Origin: Octopus vulgaris
Taxonomy: Eukaryota
Direction of reading: 5' to 3'
NCBI GenBank assembly: GCA_951406725.2
Contig: OX597817.1
Coordinates: 248,001-312,000, forward strand
DNA length: 64,000 nucleotides
Positions 58,311 to 64,000 of the stretch are shown here, in pieces; position 1 is the first letter of the stretch, and every line of letters starts with the position of its first letter. The notes under the pieces were generated by a model. The model was not told the DNA's origin, ran no database searches, and saw nothing but the letters and a program-made list of their open reading frames with translations. The position numbers were made by a program, and so were the translations under genes.

Positions 58311-58680
58311 ATCATCATCGTCTAACGTCCGTTTTCCGTGCTAACATGGGTTGGACGGTTTGACCAGGGTCTGGGAAGCCAGAAGGCTGCACCAGACTCC
58401 AGTCTGATCTGGCAGTGTTTCTACAGCTGGATGCCCTTCCTAACGCCAACCACTCAGAGAGTGTAGTGGGTGATTTTTACGTGCTACCTGCACTGGTGCC
58501 AGGGGGTCTGGCAAACAGCCACGATCGGTTGGTGCTTTTATGTGCCACTGGCACAGAAGCCAGTCAAGGCGGCGCTGGCATCGGCCACGTTTGGGTGATG
58601 CTTTTTACGTGCCAATCAAAGCAGTGCTGGCATCGGCCACGTTCGGATGGTGATTTTTACGTGCCACCGGCACAGGTGTC
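58311..58680 (-). mobile_element. Second copy of the (TGA)n-tailed SINE-like repeat
   Basis: Matches 36498-36877. Confidence 0.7.
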
Positions 58681-59033
58681 GTAACTACAATTTCCACTTG
58701 ATATTTGTTTTGATATTTGATATTGATGTTGAAGTTGATGTACTTGACTCAATAGGTCTCCTCAAGCACAGCAGGTCCCTCTATGATCCAAGGTAAGCAC
58801 AGCAGGACGTTCTGCAATCCATGTACTATGAATGGGCTGGGGCTATATGGATTATTGCAGTAAAATAACCAAGGAAATATATATGGATTTAAAGACTCTC
58901 ATCAAAAGTAGTAATTTTTAATTTTCATTTTACATTTCAAACAAACACTATTTTACAAACACCATTTTACAATTTTACTTCAAATTTTAAAAAAAAACTA
59001 TCATTCGATATATTATACAATATTCATATTTTA

Positions 59034-59125
59034 TATCTCTGAAGAACAGAAGGGTTGTCTATAAATGCTTATCAATATAGGATTTCAATATAGGGACAAC
59101 TCTTCTGCGAAACGATCGTAAGATG
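59034..59125 (+). ncRNA. Type I hammerhead ribozyme with 13-bp stem II in an ORF-less AT-rich unit
   Basis: uaucu CUGAAGA a-cagaaggguuguc..gacaacucuucug-c GAAA cgauc GUA agaug. Palindromic stem III ACGAUCGU. Confidence 0.88.
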
Positions 59126-59425
59126 CTTAAGAAATTAATTCAAAACTTTTAATCTTTTAAATTTATTTTATACATTATAATTATATTTTTATATTTATTT
59201 ATTCGTATATATTTTTAATACAATAAGGTCTTTCACACGGGTATATCTTTATGATGAGTTCAATATTGATTTCCTTATATTAATAATAATAATATATTAT
59301 TAAAAAAATATATGTATATATCACTCGTATTAAATATATAAATACTTTAATAGTATTAATATTTTTATACAATGGAGCACTCAAGATAAATTCAGTATAT
59401 AATATTCTTATTGAATATATTTACC

Positions 59426-59479
<54 letters not shown>

Positions 59480-59539
59480 CATACATATACACATACATAC
59501 TCACATACACACATTTATATATATATATATATATATATA

Positions 59540-60065
59540 TTTTAATCCAAACGGGAAACAAAAAACAACAACAATGGAACAATTACAGTATTATTATTAA
59601 TAGGCGCTCAGGAAATGGAAGCAGGGAGGTATGACGTTTCGATCTTCTCGGAAACATAAAGAAGGAAGAGAGGAAAGAAAGATCCCGGAGCGGGCAACGG
59701 AGATAGAGAAAAAACGACTGGTGTTAGGAGTTACACATGGTGAAAGGCGGATGTTTACGATAACAAGAGCAAAGTGGGTTTTTAAAGGCAAAGAGTGGAG
59801 ACAAGGTTGGTAACGCAACAGATGTGTGTGTATGTGTGAGTGTGTGCGTGTGCGTGTGTGTAGTGTGTGTGTGAGGCGAGATAAAAAACAAAAAATATAT
59901 GTATGTGTTAGTGTGTGCGTCTGTGTGTAGGCGTGTGAGGTAGGGCGAGACGGTGGTCAGCATAGCAGCAGCATAGCAGACAAAGGTCAGTAGTAAGACA
60001 AGGGAGGAAGGAGGAAGGGAGGGAGGGAAGGGGTGGGGGCGTATGTAGCGTGCCAGCGTGTGTTG
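59540..60065 (-). mobile_element. Solo Neptune-type pLTR relative of 42500-42960, hammerhead stem II deleted
   Basis: Reverse complement tatgtttccgagaagatcgaaacgtcatacc..cctgagcgcc..taatac..gttcca..gtttggatt. Confidence 0.7.
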
Positions 60066-60101
60066 AGTAGTTGTGTGTGTTATATATATATATATATATA
60101 T

Positions 60102-60897
60102 GTTAGAAGAAATGAGGTACTCAGAAGATCGGATGGTTTATATTTACAGATATTTATTTATATATTACATTTTTTATATATATATCATATCACTTAGATC
60201 ATTAGCGCTTTCTCCCATTCTAGTGGGGTTTTCAAATCAAACTAAGTTCCTGTGTGGGGAATTTTGATCATTTTATAGAGTTTCGTAGTGGTGGGGAGGA
60301 ATATAAGACATTACAAGAGGGTGATGGATGAGGAGAAAGTGAGAGAGAGAACATGTGTATATGTGTGTGTGTGTGTTTTTGTATCTGGGGTGAGTGCTAA
60401 AGAGAAAGAGGGGAAGGGAGAGGGAAGAAGAAGGAAAGAATTTTTTTGGTTTGCTGGACAGAATATTGACTCCAAGGGGGTTCTAAGGCCATAGGAAAAA
60501 AAAAAAAAGAATTTCAGCTTTGACCACTTTTGTGAGAATGGTCAAATGCTATTAAATGCTATAAAAAATTGTGTTGATATCAACACAATTTTAGCACTCA
60601 CCCCAGATACAAAAACACACACACACACATACACACATGCTCTCTCTCTCACTTTCTCCTCATCCATCACCCTCTTGTACTGTCTTATATTCCTCCCCAC
60701 CACTACAAACTCAATACCACTATAAAATGGTCAAAACTTTTCATACAGGAACTTAGTTTGATTTGAAAACCCCACTAGAATGGGAGAAAGCGCTAATACA
60801 TGATCTGAGTTATATGATGTATAAAAACATGTAATATACAAATAAATACCTGTAAATATAAACCATCCGATCTTCTGAGTACCTCATTTCTTCTAAT
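60102..60897. repeat. Inverted repeat, ~300 bp arms and ~190 bp spacer, between (TA)n tracts
   Basis: 60102-60400 is approximately the reverse complement of 60592-60897. Confidence 0.85.
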
Positions 60898-61059
60898 ATA
60901 AAATACCTGTACATCATCTCCAAACCTTCCAATATATATATATATATAAACATATCACCCTAATTCTCTTGTTTTCTATCACCGATCACAATCTCTGCGT
61001 ACACACACACACACACATTCACACATACACACACACATTTATATATATATATCACTAAG

Positions 61060-61555
61060 CTTCTCTACTTATCTCTCTCTCTCTCTCTCTCCGTTTCACT
61101 CCTTTATACATTCCTGTATAACTCCTGTCTGCTTCTCTTACTCTCTCTAATCTGATACACTCCCTCTCCCACAAAGTATATAAATCATACTTCACCTCTC
61201 TCTCCTTCTCCCCCCTTTCTCTCTCACTCTCTCCCTCTTTACCACCTTATATATCATAATATCCCTCTACCACTTTTGCTTTCTCTCCCACGTCAGCATC
61301 TCCCTCTCTCTACGTATCAATATCTCTCTCTTCTCTCCACCTCATATAATATCCTCTCACTACGCCTCTTGCCTCATACTCTCCTCTTTATGCTAATCAT
61401 GTACACCACTCCCTTATTACTCCATCTCTACTCATTTTCTATCTTCTTTCCCTCTTCTTCTCTCTCTCTCTCTCGCTCTTTGCTATCTTCATTTCTCTCA
61501 ATTTCTTTCTCTCTTTCCCTTCTTATGTCTGTCTGTCTGTCTGCCTGCATGACTG

Positions 61556-61617
<62 letters not shown>

Positions 61618-62030
61618 AGAATCACTTCGCCTTTCTTTCAAACTCTTTTTCATTCTTTCTTCCCTCCTTTCTTTCTCTAATTTCTTTCTTTCATTCCTTC
61701 TGTCTTCATTTCTTTATTTCTTTCTTTCTTCTTATTTTCTCTTCTTTCTTTCTTTCTTTCTTTCTTTCCCCCTCTCCCCCTCGACTTTCTTTCATTCTTT
61801 CTCTCTCTCTCTTTCTTCTTTTCTTTCATTCAGTCTTCCTTTCACTCTTTCTTTCTTCCTTCCTTTATTTTGTTCCTTTTTTTTCTTTCTTAAACTTCTC
61901 CTATTCCTTTTCTCTCTCTTACCCTCCTTTTTTCTTTCTCCCATCTGTCTCTTCCTTTCTCCCCCTCTTTCTTCTCTCTCCCTTCTTCGTTCACCCTTTC
62001 CCCCTCTCTCTCTCTTTCTCTCTCTATCCT
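61060..62030. repeat. ~1 kb polypyrimidine (CT-rich) low-complexity tract
   Basis: Read directly. A similar tract lies at 53200-53710. Confidence 0.9.
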
Positions 62031-62892
62031 GGCAAACGAGAAGACAAATATATCAGACGGACTCAATGAATAGAGCCAGCATCCAGTAACTCACTCGAGA
62101 AGGGCGGCGAGGATGCCCCAGCTTTGCTTAAACTCCTAAATAGACTTAGACTGACAGACAGACAGACATCTTGACATCATGAAACAAGAGGATGCATATT
62201 CTGGCGCTTAGAGCCATCTTTTCCGGCACCGTTCAGTTTTGATCGTTTCCCGAGTGATTCACGTCACCGATGTCGTCGGATGATACTAAGTTCTTGACAC
62301 CGAGCTACACCACGCCTCCGATGCTGGATCATGTCTTCCGCAAGAATAGACGCAACACACCGCAGTGTGGTAGCTGTTCTCTTAAGCAAGTCTCTCCGAA
62401 CAGAATCGCTGATCCTAAAACTAACGATGGTTTACACCTCGTCGAATGAACAGGCGCCCGGGAGACTGATTGTTTTTTTCGTATCATCGGATGGCAGCGG
62501 TGAGCGGACCGATGCTGGATCACCGTTTGAGCGGTTCCAATGACATACGGACACACTCACCATAACCGTCGGGTGTCCGTTGCGGCCCACGAGACATACG
62601 GTTTTCAATGTGATTCGGAGAAGTGGAAGTGAATCAACGACTGGAATTGCAATCGAAAAAACACACAGAAGACGCGACATCTGCTGATTTACTTTATTGC
62701 CAGCTGAGTTAAACAGTTTTCAAATCGAAATTGTGTTTCAAAATGAATTCAAAGGGAAGTAATCATTCCTATTCTGCAAGAGTGATTTCCCTTCAACTGC
62801 TAATGATTTCATAAAGCGATTAGAGTCCCTTCTTAAACTATGATAATCCCGTTATGTAGAATTGTTAAGATTTTACATTAATCATACAAAAT

Positions 62893-63103
62893 TGACGCAA
62901 GCATGGTTGTGTGGCTTCTTAATACGGCCATTGATTTACAACTGGGAGGTTGTGGGTTCAGTCCTACTGCACGGAATCATGGAAAAGTATCTTCCACTCT
63001 CGCCTTCCGTTGACCAAAGCCTTGGGAATGGATTTAGTAATCGCAGACTGAAAGAACTTCTCGAATATGTACGCATGAAAGTATGTACCTGTGTGCGTGC
63101 ATA

Positions 63104-63161
<58 letters not shown>

Positions 63162-63375
63162 TGTGTGTGTGTGTGTCTGTGTTTGTCCCCCTAGCATTGT
63201 TTCACAACCGATGCTGGTGTGTTTATGTCCGCGTTACTTAGCGGTTCGGCATAAGAGACCGATAGAATAAGTACTGGGCTTACAAAAGAAAAAGTCACCG
63301 GTGTCGAGTTGCTCGATTAAGGGCGGTGCTCCAGCATGGCCGCAGTCAAATGACTGAAACAAGTAAAAGAGTAAA
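62893..63375 (+). mobile_element. Full-length SINE family A (diverged head, well-preserved tail)
   Basis: GGTTCAGTCC B-box, internal (TA)(TG)n, tail ggcggtgctccagcatggccgcagtcaaatgactgaaac. Confidence 0.8.
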
Positions 63376-63393
63376 TATATATATATATTTACT

Positions 63394-63450
<57 letters not shown>

Positions 63451-63569
63451 TATATATATAAACATTACATTATATAATTAGGGTTCAGCAAAAAAAAAAT
63501 TGCTTTACCACGTACCGAGCTTTTAGAAATAGCAGCCAAAGAATTTAGCTATTAGTTATATATATTTAG

Positions 63570-63675
<106 letters not shown>

Positions 63676-64000
63676 ATGTATGTATGTATGTATGTATGTA
63701 TGTATGTATGCGAACGCATTGTGACCAGCGATGTGTAACAACATCTGATGGTCTGGTCGGTCACGTGATCACGTGGTGTATGTACGTATGATACAGATAA
63801 GGAAATGTTTTAATTCTCAAACGCAGATTAATGCTGATAATATAGCATAAACAGGATAAACTATCCATATTTTGCAGAAAAATCTGTCGGCCATCCATGA
63901 GACTCTAACTCACATCCCTGTGATTACACGTCAGTTACTTTACCATTGAGCTAAACTGCCCGAACAGCAAATTCTTTTGTAAATTTAGAATATAAAAATC

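Overview
AT-rich, microsatellite-saturated animal DNA, most likely a cephalopod (Octopus-like). This is inferred from the 17-finger C2H2 ZNF gene, the SINE families and the (TA)n/(TG)n/(GATA)n load. Only one host gene is supportable: a C2H2 zinc-finger gene at 49249-50760 (-) with a probable non-coding first exon and promoter near 52.6-52.8 kb. The rest is mobile DNA: at least five Penelope-like element (PLE) bodies, two near-complete CR1-like LINEs, RTE/Hero/Tc1/Chapaev-like relics, a MITE and many SINEs, all laid over a head-to-tail triplication of an ~11.5 kb unit (3.1-29.4 kb). The strongest signal missed by the ORF track is about ten hand-foldable type I hammerhead ribozymes with intact cores from six unrelated sequence families, plus variant or degenerate ones. 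Some lie in PLE pseudo-LTRs. Others lie in short ORF-less units inserted in (TA)n, which look like retrozymes or non-autonomous PLE partners. Almost all short ORFs in the track are microsatellite artefacts. Repeat boundaries were read by eye and are approximate.
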